From assembly GCF_964355755.1 (NCBI RefSeq), contig NC_092675.1:1793812-1857811 (forward strand): DNA of 64,000 nt, written 5' to 3'. Source of the DNA: Antedon mediterranea. Its lineage: Eukaryota > Animalia > Echinodermata. A program made the position numbers and the translations under genes. The notes under the pieces are model-generated. The model searched no databases, was not told where the DNA came from, and saw nothing but the letters and a program-made list of their open reading frames with translations. Positions 51,151 through 62,339 of the stretch are shown here, one piece after another; positions within the stretch are counted from its first letter, which is position 1, and every line of letters starts with the position of its first letter.

Positions 51151-51699
51151 AGAAGATTTTTCAAATCATGTAAATAAAATATTTTCCGGGCGGGAAGTTA
51201 GCAGTTCCCCCTCGTTTAGTTTGCAAAAGTAAACTCGAAAAGAACTCCATGTGGAAAAGAAGCCCACCCAAGAGTACTAACAATGAAGGAGCACATGGGC
51301 TTCTTTTCGAGGTTTTATGGCAGTCTATTTAATGGGAAATAATGCCATGCAACTTTGTTCCTGATTTAAAAAAAGTTCCACTTGACATTTACAATCCTCA
51401 AAATATCTCTCTTTCAAAATAAAAGAAAAACAATATTCATTATTTTCCTTTAAAAAAAATCCACTGGCGCCAAAAAAACGGATGAACTATGTTAAAAAAA
51501 TATAAAAATAAACATAGCCTACAATACTATACAAAACGTTGAGTTTTTTCTTTTGGGATTAAATATTTTTTTAAAGCAGACTTAAAATTATTTATTGTTA
51601 CCGCATTTCTTAGTTTGGTGGGTGGCAAATTCAGGTATGTTGGTGCTCTATAGATGAAGCTGTTCTTAACAGTTTCAGTTTAGGGAAAGGGACGACAAA

Positions 51700-52130
51700 T
51701 TTCCTCTCACTGACACTTCGGGTACATCAATGATTTGGAATTCTGGCAAGACGCAGGGCAAGGTATTCCGGAACAAGACCATTTGCAGACCTGTAGGCAA
51801 GGCAGCCCAGTTCTAGATGCATGCGATCTTGGACTGTATGAAGATTTAAGGTGTTGTCAATGTTAGTTCGTGGTGTGAGAGGATGAGCTTCCAAGGATAA
51901 TTCGAAGTGCTCTATTTTGAATGGTCTGTATTCGGTCAATATTCGATCTGATTCCCCAAACACTACATCAATAGTCAATGTGTGGGAGGATTATAGTGTT
52001 ATAGAGGAGTATGGATGTGTGTTTATTAATGAATTGACCGACCACGCGATAAGATGGAGATGGACAAGCCCAGTTTGGAACGGAGTTTATTTACATGAAA
52101 AGAAAAAGATAAATTTGAATAAATGTGAAT
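51700..52130 (-). pseudogene. Frameshifted LINE ORF2 C-terminal fragment (CR1/L2/Crack clade)
   Basis: Across frames the minus strand reads HVNKLRSKL..ISILSR..FI...LLYNTIILPHIDY.DVV...RIQTIQNRALRIIL...LHTVQDR...LAYRSANGLVPEYL. This is the typical post-RT region of CR1/L2-group LINEs. Confidence 0.75.
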
Positions 52131-52533
52131 GCCAAGATGTTTTTGTTTGTCAGTTTAAACGATATTAAAAGTAGTGACTTTTATTTCTATTTTATATCAC
52201 TGTGCTACCCTGGTGCTAAATTGGGTCCACTTGAGCAGTTACCGTAGTACTATTTCTATTATTGAAGTTAATAAAGGCATAAATAGCGCTCCGTAGAGAA
52301 GTAGAGAAAAAATTAAAAATTAAAATACGTGTTTTAAATTGCGCCACCACCATATGGAAAGTTCAAAGTTCATAGTTCCACATACGACGATTTGTACGGA
52401 GTCTGTTTTTTTCTAATTGATACAGAAATCGTGTTTTATGATTAGAAATTAATGTTAAAACAGTTAAAACAATCTTGATATGTATTGTTTGTATTCACCA
52501 TATGATAACTAGCTGTTGTTGATTTAGTTGAAA

Positions 52534-55500
52534 ATGGCGAAAAAGCGGAAAAAGATCATCGCTAAACGTAGAGTTGCGAAAGATATTGGGTCTACGGTGA
52601 GTAGGGGTGTTTTGTACACCGTCACCGTTCAATCATTAACACACAGGGCCAGGTTAGGCCTACTATATATATACCGGATAGCTAGGCCTAGGTCAGATAG
52701 AGGTAGACTCTCTCTACTATACTAGGCCTAGTTAATAGGTAGACATATTAGGCCAGTGTAGTAGAGAGTATTATGTCATCTAGTTTAGTTAAAATTATTA
52801 GGCTAGGCTAGCTAGCTAGGCCTAATTTAGTAATTAATAGGCCTACCTAGTATTATGACTCATTGTAATACAATACAATACATAGCATATAGGCCTACAT
52901 ACATTACAATCCATGTCATGTCATCATATATGGCCCTTGTCTAGTAATAGGCTAGGCCTACTGTTCAAGGTAAATTGTACACTATTTGTATTATTTGATT
53001 TATTACACAGGGTATTGGGGAACCGAGTCTGTATCATGCGCTAGTTGTTATATTCTTGGAGTTTTTTGCGTGGGGTCTTCTTACAAGTCCAATGCTCAAA
53101 GTAAGTGTATTTAAATATTAATTTTGTTGCCATTTTTTAAAACCATCTTCCCCCAGCCTAGTAACATTCTGTAAACAATGTTTCAAAAACCATCTATAAA
53201 CAGATGAGTTGTACTGTAGTAACTTAATATTAATAACAATTAAATTTGCTAAAAAAAAGTGTATGACATTGAAAACTACCATATACAGGTACAATCTAAC
53301 TAATTAACATAATGAGAACCATATACAGGTGTAATCTAACTAATTAGTTACATAATAATATCCACAGCTGTAATATAACTAATTAACATGATAATAACCA
53401 CAGGTGTAATATAACTAATTAACATAACATGATGAGAACAATATAGTGTAGTCTAAACAATTAACAAGAAAAATCTAAATCTGGATATTTCATTTTTAAT
53501 TCATGTTTCTTTTACTAAATTATTTTTATTAGGTTTTGAATCAAACTTTCCCTGAGAAAACCTTTCTTATGAATGGAATGATCCAAGGTGTTAAGGTAAG
53601 CCTTTATGTGACAAAAAAATGTGATGTGCCCATATATGGACACAATGATTACAACCTTATTTAAGCATATCACTACCATATTTGGGCATGTCACACTTTG
53701 TCACATAAAGTTTTATAGTGTGGACAGAGCTTTACAAACATTTATATTTATCTACAGTATGTTATCTATAAATCAGTACTTTATATCATATTTATGGAAC
53801 ATACAGTAAGCCTAGTATGAAAATATTATAATGAATTTCTCCTACATTTAATTTATTGTAGTTTTATATGCTGGTATCATTGGCAATGCAAAGTAATGAA
53901 TTAAATAAATGAAAGTATTTTTATGAAACCATCTTTACCAAATGGCTAATTAATTTTAATCAAATGTAATTTTCTTTTAATATTTCTAATGTAAATTGTA
54001 TTATTTGTAAATTAAAAATTCAGTTTATTCTATATTGTTCAATTTTTTATTTTTTTTGGGTGATTCACTTGTGATACGATACTGTGTCATTGAAAAACAA
54101 ACAAGAAAGAACAATTCGAATAAACTATATCAATCAATCAACTAGAGTATGGCATACAGTTTATTATAAACTACTCTAATAAATTAATTAGCATTGTGCG
54201 TTTATTAATATTATTTCATATGGTAAATCAATTTAATCACAATATCGTTAAAATGATGTTTTATGCTAATAATTATTTTTACATTTTTTTCTGTTAATTT
54301 TATAGGGAATTTTAGCGTTTATGAGTGCTCCTTTGCTGGGCGCTCTATCTGATGTTTGGGGACGCAAATCATTCCTTCTGCTAACGGTATTTTTCACTTG
54401 TATACCCATTCCATTGATGCGGGTTAGTCCATGGTAAATATAATACACTTTTTTTTTAGCCCTGTTTGTCTTTTTTAATAAGCGAATCATAACAAACACA
54501 TTTAAAATTGATTTCTTTTGAATTTTGCTTTGTGTAAATAAATAAATGAATGAACTTTCAAACTGGAAATTGGATTTTTATTCATCTAAATATTTATTTA
54601 TTACCAGAAAAATAAAACAATATGACATTAACAAAAATAGCAATAGGAGGAACTACAAAATAGATTGCTCTAACCCTCTTAATGTATAATTTTAGGATAA
54701 CAAATTTGTATTATTGTTTGGAGTTAAACCAAGTAAGATTAGACTATGAAACTTGCGGAAAGACTAATTTTCAAAATATTCAGAACAAATTAATTTAAAT
54801 TACAGTATATATTTATCACAAACAATACACTATTCATTGACAACATTCAGATAAGCCAATTAGCATACAGACAATGGTAGACTAATTTAGCATATGTGAC
54901 AACATCTGCCATTTTACCAACTGATAAGGAATAATTTGAAAATAGTTTCTTAATTATCTTGATTACACTTTGCAATGCTGTTGAATTGTCAATCATTTGA
55001 ATTTGTTTGCCTTTTCACCACCATAAAATAGAGAAAAGCTCTAGTCCTATCGACAAACAGTACAGAATTTCTTGATGGTCAAAGTTTACTGTTCATCATC
55101 TCAATATTTATTTCCACCGTGTAACATATTTATATATTTCACTTATATATAATACTTAGTATTGTATATTCAGGAATAGCCGCTCCATAGTCTCTTTGCT
55201 TTTCTTCCTTATATCTTATTCTTATTAACTCAAAATTATTTATACTAACAAACATTACTATGTATATGCCTAGGCTAGTGTGTTATCATTATTGACATAA
55301 ACATCCACATACAGTACTCTTCTTAACAAATTTTTGTTATTTTTTTTTTCAATCTTCTATCAACTAAAAGTCATATTTAGTCATGTCTCAGATCACATTC
55401 GATGGTCACCGTACAGATAGGCTACTACATCAGTACTTCTATGAATGGATGACTAGTACCGTTTTGTTTTCACGATCATTCGATGAAGGATTAGTGTTAT

Positions 55501-58500
55501 CCGAAAGCTTGACATACATATTCCTTCTTTCTGGCTGTTTTACTTTAATTTTTTTTTTTATTTATTTCCATTGTGATCTACAGTATGTATATTTATATTA
55601 TAAATCCAAAGGCAAATTACTAAAAAAAATGACAATGCTGTGTATATACTATCAGTGGCTGCATCTCAATGGAGATACAAAATAATATAAGCAAAAAGTA
55701 AAACGGCCAGAAAAATTAGCAGAGCTTTTGGGGTACACTAGCCCTTCATCAGTGAATATTAGTTAACCCAAAAGTAATAAACAAGTTTTTCATTTATTTA
55801 AACTGAACAGGCTTCCTAGTATAAAGAATAAAGAAACAATAAAACTTAAACTATTTGGCTATTTCCTGTTTTACTTCAGTTTATGTACAGTGCATTGAGA
55901 GCTTGTTTATATGAATCAGAATGAACTATTGTTGTTATTATAAGTATCAATCAAACAACAAAGGCATACTCTGAATAGTTTAAAAAGAGAATGACAATAG
56001 AGTTAGTCAGTGAATACATAGAATAGAGGTAGGGATTACATGACAATATAATACCATAGCTTTGATCTCCCTATACTTCTTCTTCCTTGTTTATAATTGT
56101 GTGCTTATTACCTAAGCACGTTTGCTATACACCCACCTTGTACAAATGTAAATGGGGAATAACCTGCTAATAATAATATTCTACTAGACTGAATTAATAG
56201 TCCCTTTGTGTCGAGTGCTGCCACCAATCAGCACCCGTTCATCTGTGTGTAGTTGTGAAAATAAATGTTCAGTTTCTCAATGTTTCGATCAATATGCATT
56301 GCTCGTCCCCAGGAGTAATAATAATAATAACAACTTTATTTTAAAACGGATGCAACACTTGAATCACCAGATTGGTGTTTTTCACAAGGCCGTTACTACA
56401 AAACTATTTACACAAGTTATCATATACAGTACGTAAGAGTGTAGATACACCAGAAATGGGGTAGTTCAAAACTACACATGTGGTGTACTAAAAACCTTCA
56501 AACAATATAGAAATTATTTTATTTTTTAATTAAGTGGAAATGAATAAACTATATAATATGCATCTAAAAGCTATGTTTTGTGTGTTGTAGGTGGTTTTTT
56601 GCAGTTTTGTCTCTGTCTGGTGTTTTTGCAGTGACCTTTTCAATAGTATTTGCATATGTAGCTGATATAACTGATGAATCGGATAGAAGCTCTGCATATG
56701 GTCTGGTACGTATTGTTCAATTTATCATGTTTTGAATATTAGAAATACAATTTCTACAAGTTAGTACTTGTCAAATTCTACTACGACTACTTTTCACTAA
56801 ATTTACCTCATAAACCCCTACAATACTCGCTTTTCCCCCTTCTATACTAAACACATTACTATTTTGTTTACATAGTCTACAAATGTTATATTATTACAAT
56901 TGTATTTTTGTATATGACCTATGACCCTTTATATGCTTCTGTTTGTTGGAGCTTATCAACAAAATTAATTTCCTTATTGGAGCAATGAAGGTTCTGTATT
57001 GTGTATTAGCTGTCTGTTTTCTTCACAGGTGTCTGCTACTTTTGCTGCTAGCCTCATCACCAGTCCAGCCCTGGGAGCTTACCTAGGCAGCCAGTATAGT
57101 GATAATTTTGTAGTTTTTCTAGCAACTGCTATAGCACTTTGTGATGTACTTTTTATTTTGGTTGCTGTGCCTGAATCCTTACCTGAGAAGATTCGACCAG
57201 CATTGTGGGGATCTGCAATAACTTGGGAACAAGCTGATCCATTTATGGTAAGATACTAAGTACATTTCATAATTTTGTCCTCTAAGCTCTATCTACACTA
57301 TCAAACTTTATTTGACAAAAATGTGATGTGTCCATATATGATCATGATGATGTTATATCACTACCATATTTGGGTACATCATACTTTTTTTGTCAAACTA
57401 GTTTGATAGTGTAGACAGAGCTTAAGGGTCTCTTTGTGTCTTCCAACTGCTTACAAACTGCACTCATTTGTAACCGATCTGAGAGATGCACTGGCTTTAG
57501 TGGACCTCCAGCTTTTTAATTAATTTTTGTTCTGCTGATTTATCTGCTGAGTTATCCGCTCGACTCGTCAAAAAAGTGTGTCTATAAAAACGCACTCAGT
57601 GTACAAATAACAAGACTTTTACAAGAATTTTTAATTAAAATTATTAATTAAACAGAGATTACTTGATATCTAGTAGGTTCATATTATGAAAAAACCGTAC
57701 AAAAAGCCCTGTTCTCGATAACCTTTGACCTCAAATACACATGCTTTCTTTTAAAAATATTTATATATTTTAACCTACCCTATTTGTTATTGTCCATCAT
57801 CTATATTATTTTTTTATTGAATTGAAATAAAAAATGAAATGGAAATATAATAAATATTTCAGAAACAAATAAATAGATCAATATAATATCAATAATAGTT
57901 ATAATTTGTTTTCTTTTTGCAGTCCTTGCGGAAAGTGGGTGCGGATCAGACAGTTTTAATTTTATGTGTGACAATATTTTTATCTTATTTGCCAGAAGCC
58001 GGACAATATTCTTGCATGTTTCTTTATTTAAAATCTGTAAGTATATCATTTTATATGGAAATCCATAGTAATTGCATTTCTAAAACCCTGTCTACACTAT
58101 CAAACTAGTTTAACAAAGAGAAGTACGATGTGCCTAAATATGGTAGTGATATGCCCAAATATGGTAGTGACAGATATATCATCATGTCCATATACAGACA
58201 CTCGCATCACATTTTTATGTCACATAAAGTTTGACAGAGCTTAGTAAAACATTTATTATAATAATTAAAATATATAATTTAGACATTTATATTTACCGTT
58301 TATCCAGTAATACATTTTTTTCGCAGTGCACATTGGCATGGTAAGCACCATGGGCTACTTGCTGTTTACTATATGCTTGATATCTTATTTAATAGGATAC
58401 CTGTACTATACAAGTTAATTATTCGTTTAAAATTAGCTTTATATGATCATTCCCTGTTTATACTTTCAGAGGGGTGGTTTTAGTGCAGAAGAAGTGGCAG

Positions 58501-60503
58501 CGTATATAGCATTGATAGGTGTACTATCAGTATTTGCACAGGTATGTTATCTAGTAATTTGTTTGAACATAAAGGCTGCCAGTTTATGTAGGATTGCAAA
58601 TAAAACCATTATGACAAATATGTAACATGATATTTATTTATTAATGTAACTTTTTTTCCACTCTTTCCCACTTTATTGTAAGTTAAAACACTGCATATAT
58701 ATTCATTCATTCATTTCTTTATTTTTCGGATAGTACATCCATTTACAAAATCACCAGGAAATTAATAATAGCATCTAAAAAACAACTTAAAACATCAATT
58801 TGCACCAACGCTCGTGAATAGGATAAACAATTGACTCCATTACTGATTTAACATTTTATCAAAGGCCATATTTGTTTTCTTTCCAGACATTGTTGTTAGG
58901 GTTTTTGATGAAAACCCTAGGTAACAAACGTACTATAATGTTTGGATTGTGGTTCCAATTAGCAGAGTTAGCCTGGTATGGTTTTGCATCACAAGATTGG
59001 ATGTTATGGGGTGCTGGTATGATAGCAGCTATGTGTAGTGTTACCTACCCCTCTGTTAGTGCATTAATATCCAAAAATGCTGAACCTGACCAGCAAGGTT
59101 AGTTTTCAAAGTTTAATAAGTTATCTGCACCTAACTCGGACGATGTGACGTCATCATATGGCCAGTAAAAAAAGAAATTTCATCTTTGGTGTCATAGTTC
59201 ATCACATTTAAAAGAGATTTATAGCATAACTGATTATTCAATCAGATGTTAACATCCATAGCAAAATAAACTATTGATTTGTATATGCTGATATAGAGTT
59301 TGCGAAAGCCAAAACAAAACCATGTGTCTGGACAGGGTTGTGAAATGTAAACTGGCCAAAAATGATGGCATGGTTTACTTGTATATGTTGTTATTATGAT
59401 TATTATATATTTTTCAATTTTATCTCTGTTTTGTGTGTGTACAATTGAGAACTAGTGCTGTGCCATTGGTGTTAAAGGTTATCTAATCTGATTTGAACCA
59501 TACCACGAAACTACAAGTGGTCTAATGGTATGTCGTCCGCTTATTAAGCAGAAGATTCTGGGTGCGTGTCTTGGTAGTACTATTTACATCATTTTATTTA
59601 TGGTTTCTTCTAGGTGTAGTACAGGGAATGGTGACGGGAATAAGAGGCCTATGCAATGGACTTGGACCAGCTCTATTTGGTTTTATATTTTACATTTTTC
59701 ATGTGGATTTAGATGAAGTTGAAAGCAGTTCTGTAGAAAATGAACATCTTCATAAACCTTTGTCATATGCAGTAAGTTTTATTTTATTACTTTTCCATTG
59801 TAAACCTACCAACTTTTTTAAAAGTCAATGCCACGGATTTGATAGTTGCCACTAAGTTAGGCCTAGTTTTAATTATACTGATTGGTTTTATTGTTTGTGA
59901 AACCTTAAAAGTTTCTCCATAATTTTTTTTAAATGTGAAGGTCCTATTATAATATTACAGGGATAAACCTATTAAGAGACACCACTATTATGGGAACACC
60001 TCTACTATTGGGACACAAACCTGAGAAAATATATATTTGAAAACTGTGGACAACCAATATTCAGAGGACACCTTATGCTTGGTTTCCACTAGAAACGCAA
60101 CGCAAGCGATAGAATTACTCGACTGTCGCTTGTCATTGGTCAACACACTTGCATTGCGTTTACGTCATTGCTTTGCATCATAGTGGAAACCAAGCTTTAA
60201 TTGTTAGTTCTACTCTATAATAATAATGTATCAATTGTTAGTGTATATAAATATATTTTTAAATATTTGCAATTATTTCTTAAATAGGCTATCATTCCTG
60301 GACCTCCGTTCTTATTCGGTGCTTGTCTTGTACTCGTGTCGCTGCTTGTTGTATATTTTGTTCCTGTGCACGCCGACAGCACCCCCTTGCCCGTTCATTC
60401 ACCAAAACATCAACGGAGCGATGTCGAAGATTCGAGCGATGTAACAATGATCTCTGATTACGAGATGGTTGAGAAGGAACCACTGATGCTCATCCAATCA
60501 TGA
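52534..60503 (+). CDS. MFSD14A: Major facilitator superfamily transporter MFSD14 (HIAT1-like), 11 coding exons, about 482 aa
   Basis: Exons: 52534-52596, 53011-53100, 53533-53595, 54306-54433, 56591-56705, 57029-57247, 57923-58036, 58470-58541, 58887-59097, 59614-59771, 60288-60503 (1449 nt, in frame). Contains VIFLEFFAWGLLT, MFS motif A GALSDVWGRK, VSATFAAS, LSYLPEAGQYS, GIRGLCNGLGPAL, IIPGPPFLFGAC and C-terminal EKEPLM. Likely co-ortholog of vertebrate MFSD14A and MFSD14B. Confidence 0.95.
53277..53465. repeat. Degenerate ~40-50-bp tandem repeat, about 5 copies
   Basis: Recurrent ACAGGTGTAAT.TAACTAATTAACAT. Confidence 0.6.
53600..53731. mobile_element. MITE family A, left TIR lost, immediately after an MFSD14 splice donor
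   Basis: CTTTATGTGACAAAAAAATGTGATGTGCCC...ATAGTGTGGACAGAGCT. Confidence 0.78.
55476..55580 (+). ncRNA. Degenerate minimal hammerhead-like motif with 3' tail (Penelope-type repeat remnant)
   Basis: TCATTCGATGA-A-GGAT(tagtgtt)ATCC-GAAA-GCTT; CUGAUGA box altered. Confidence 0.45.
55660..55754 (-). ncRNA. Degenerate minimal hammerhead-like motif with 3' tail, inverted partner of 55476-55580
   Basis: Reverse complement TCA-CTGATGA-A-GGG(ctagtgta)CCC-CAAAA-GCTC-TG...TTTCTGGCCGTTTTACTTT; GAAA box altered. Confidence 0.5.
57285..57422. mobile_element. MITE family A
   Basis: Both TIRs intact. Confidence 0.85.
58084..58241. mobile_element. MITE family A
   Basis: CTGTCTACACTATCAAACTAGTTT...AAAGTTTGACAGAGCT; right TIR partly deleted. 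Confidence 0.8.
60077..60196. mobile_element. Harbinger-like MITE family D
   Basis: TIR GCTTGGTTTCCACTA / TAGTGGAAACCAAGC with TTA flanks; related half copy at about 15000-15124. Confidence 0.75.
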
Positions 60504-61051
60504 CGTTAACTTTAAGTCAGTTAGTGTTAATTTTCAAATTATGTGCACCTTGGGGCCAAAAACTAGTTTAGAGGAACCATGAGAATAATTAGAGGACATT
60601 GAATAGTGGCAATAGCTAAGTGCGACAGACTCACCACAGTTCAGCCTGTCCACTATGCGCACACGAGGTAAAATCAGGGTTCTTGCTAGGTCCATAATTC
60701 ATTGAGCTCCCATCAATGAGACAATCTCTCACACATGGTTTTTTGTGAGGATCAAATGCACAAAAACTGGTAAATTTCATATTATTTCTAATAGGATTGA
60801 AACAATATGAAATAGATCCACATATATAATCACTGAGAATCAAGTAAATAATGAAATATATAGAAAGTGAAATGTATAGTTTGTCCTAACCCATTTCCTG
60901 TGTGGATATGTCTACCCATCAGATCCAACAGGTTGATTGACGGAATTGACATTTATTGAATGTGTATTACATTAAATACAATGTGTTATATTTGTGCTAG
61001 ATAATTACATAATAACTGATCAGTGTCAGACACGTCATGTCATGAATCTTA

Positions 61052-61288
61052 AGCTCTGTCTACACTATCAAATTTCACCAAAAAAAAGTGTGATGTTCCC
61101 CAATATGGTAGTGATATGACATCATCGGGTCCATGGGCACATCACATTTGAGATGCTCTTAAGCTCTGTCTGCACTATCAAACTAGTTTGACAAAAAAGG
61201 TGTGATGTTACCAAGTATGGTAGTGATATGCCCAAATATGGTAGTGATATGACATCATCACATAAAGTTTGATAGTGAAGACCGAGCT
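61052..61288. mobile_element. Two adjacent MITE family A copies (61052-61150 truncated; 61162-61288)
   Basis: Two CTTAAGCTCTGTCT.CACTATCAAA starts 110 bp apart, downstream of the MFSD14 stop. Confidence 0.8.
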
Positions 61289-61355
61289 TGAGTTCAGAAT
61301 AAATGCTTAAGCTATAGGTTCAAAGTAACATGTAGGATATTGATATATTACCCAG

Positions 61356-61603
61356 AATCACTGTACACTACAGTATAACAATACTGATATATTGCAAAGC
61401 TAACCATAGCTTTGCAATCACTGTACACTACAGTATATTAACAATACTGATATATTGCAAAGCTAACCATAGCTTTGCAATCACTGTACACTACAGTATA
61501 TTAACAATACTGATATATTGCAAAGCTAACCATAGCTTTGCAATCACTGTACACTACAGTATATTAACAATACTGATATATTGCAAAGCTAACCATAGCT
61601 TTG
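61356..61603. repeat. 63-bp minisatellite, 4 copies, with stem-loops
   Basis: AATCACTGTACACTACAGTATATTAACAATACTGATATATTGCAAAGCTAACCATAGCTTTGC x4. Confidence 0.93.
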
Positions 61604-62222
61604 TGTATAACATGTAAAATCCAATATTATAATATAGAACATTTTTTACAAATTATTTTTAATTAGGTAATTAAAGTAGGCCTACATTATGTTATTTTCA
61701 TCTGCTAAAATTCTTAATTTGGCGTTAAGTAAATTGATAAAACAGAAATGATGGTGTTGTAATATCCATGGAGTGGAGGAAATATATTTCCTTCATTTTA
61801 TATTCAAGTAGTAGAATCCATTAAAGAACATGGATGTCCATTCTTGAGTGATTTTCATGTAACATTGGTGTAAATTCAAAAATTGTTTTTATATTTGTAC
61901 ATTTAAACGTTTGTGAGTAGTGTGTTTAAAACTGTTTTGTTTGAAATAAATGATGATTTAACATGTTACAGTACATTATTCAATGTAGACTTTCTAATGT
62001 TTATGACCCAGCAAAGTGTCCCATTAATAGTGGTGTCCCTTAAATAGGGCTTGGTCAAAGTGTTGATAGAGGTTTACTATATTATGCTACAAAACCACCC
62101 CGGAATTCATGTTACAATTGGCATTGCCAGCTGTAGCCGCTATATCATAAGCTGTCTGTATTGACCAATCAGACTATTTATTTTCAACACCAAGTATCTC
62201 ATTGAAGTGGATAATGCTTTAA

Positions 62223-62339
62223 AGCTCTGTCTGCACTATCAAACTTGATGTGATGTGTCCATATACGGTCAAGATGATGTCATATTACTACCGTATTTGG
62301 GCACATCACATTTTTTAGTTTGATAGTGTAGACAAAGCT
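62223..62339. mobile_element. MITE family A
   Basis: Both TIRs, TAA/TTA flanks. Confidence 0.82.

Larger units (their letters stand above)
48773..52308. mobile_element. About 3.5-kb non-autonomous element with ~135-bp imperfect terminal inverted repeats
   Basis: 48773-48907 (TTCTCTACT.CCTACGGAGCGC.ATTTATGCCTTTATT.ACTTC..AATAGAAATAGTACTACG.TAACTG...) is the reverse complement of about 52173-52308. No clear TSD and no transposase. Confidence 0.8.

Noticed and set aside
54640-55160. Possible degenerate LINE fragment in MFSD14 intron 4
   Set aside because: Composition is suggestive but no motif could be read with confidence.
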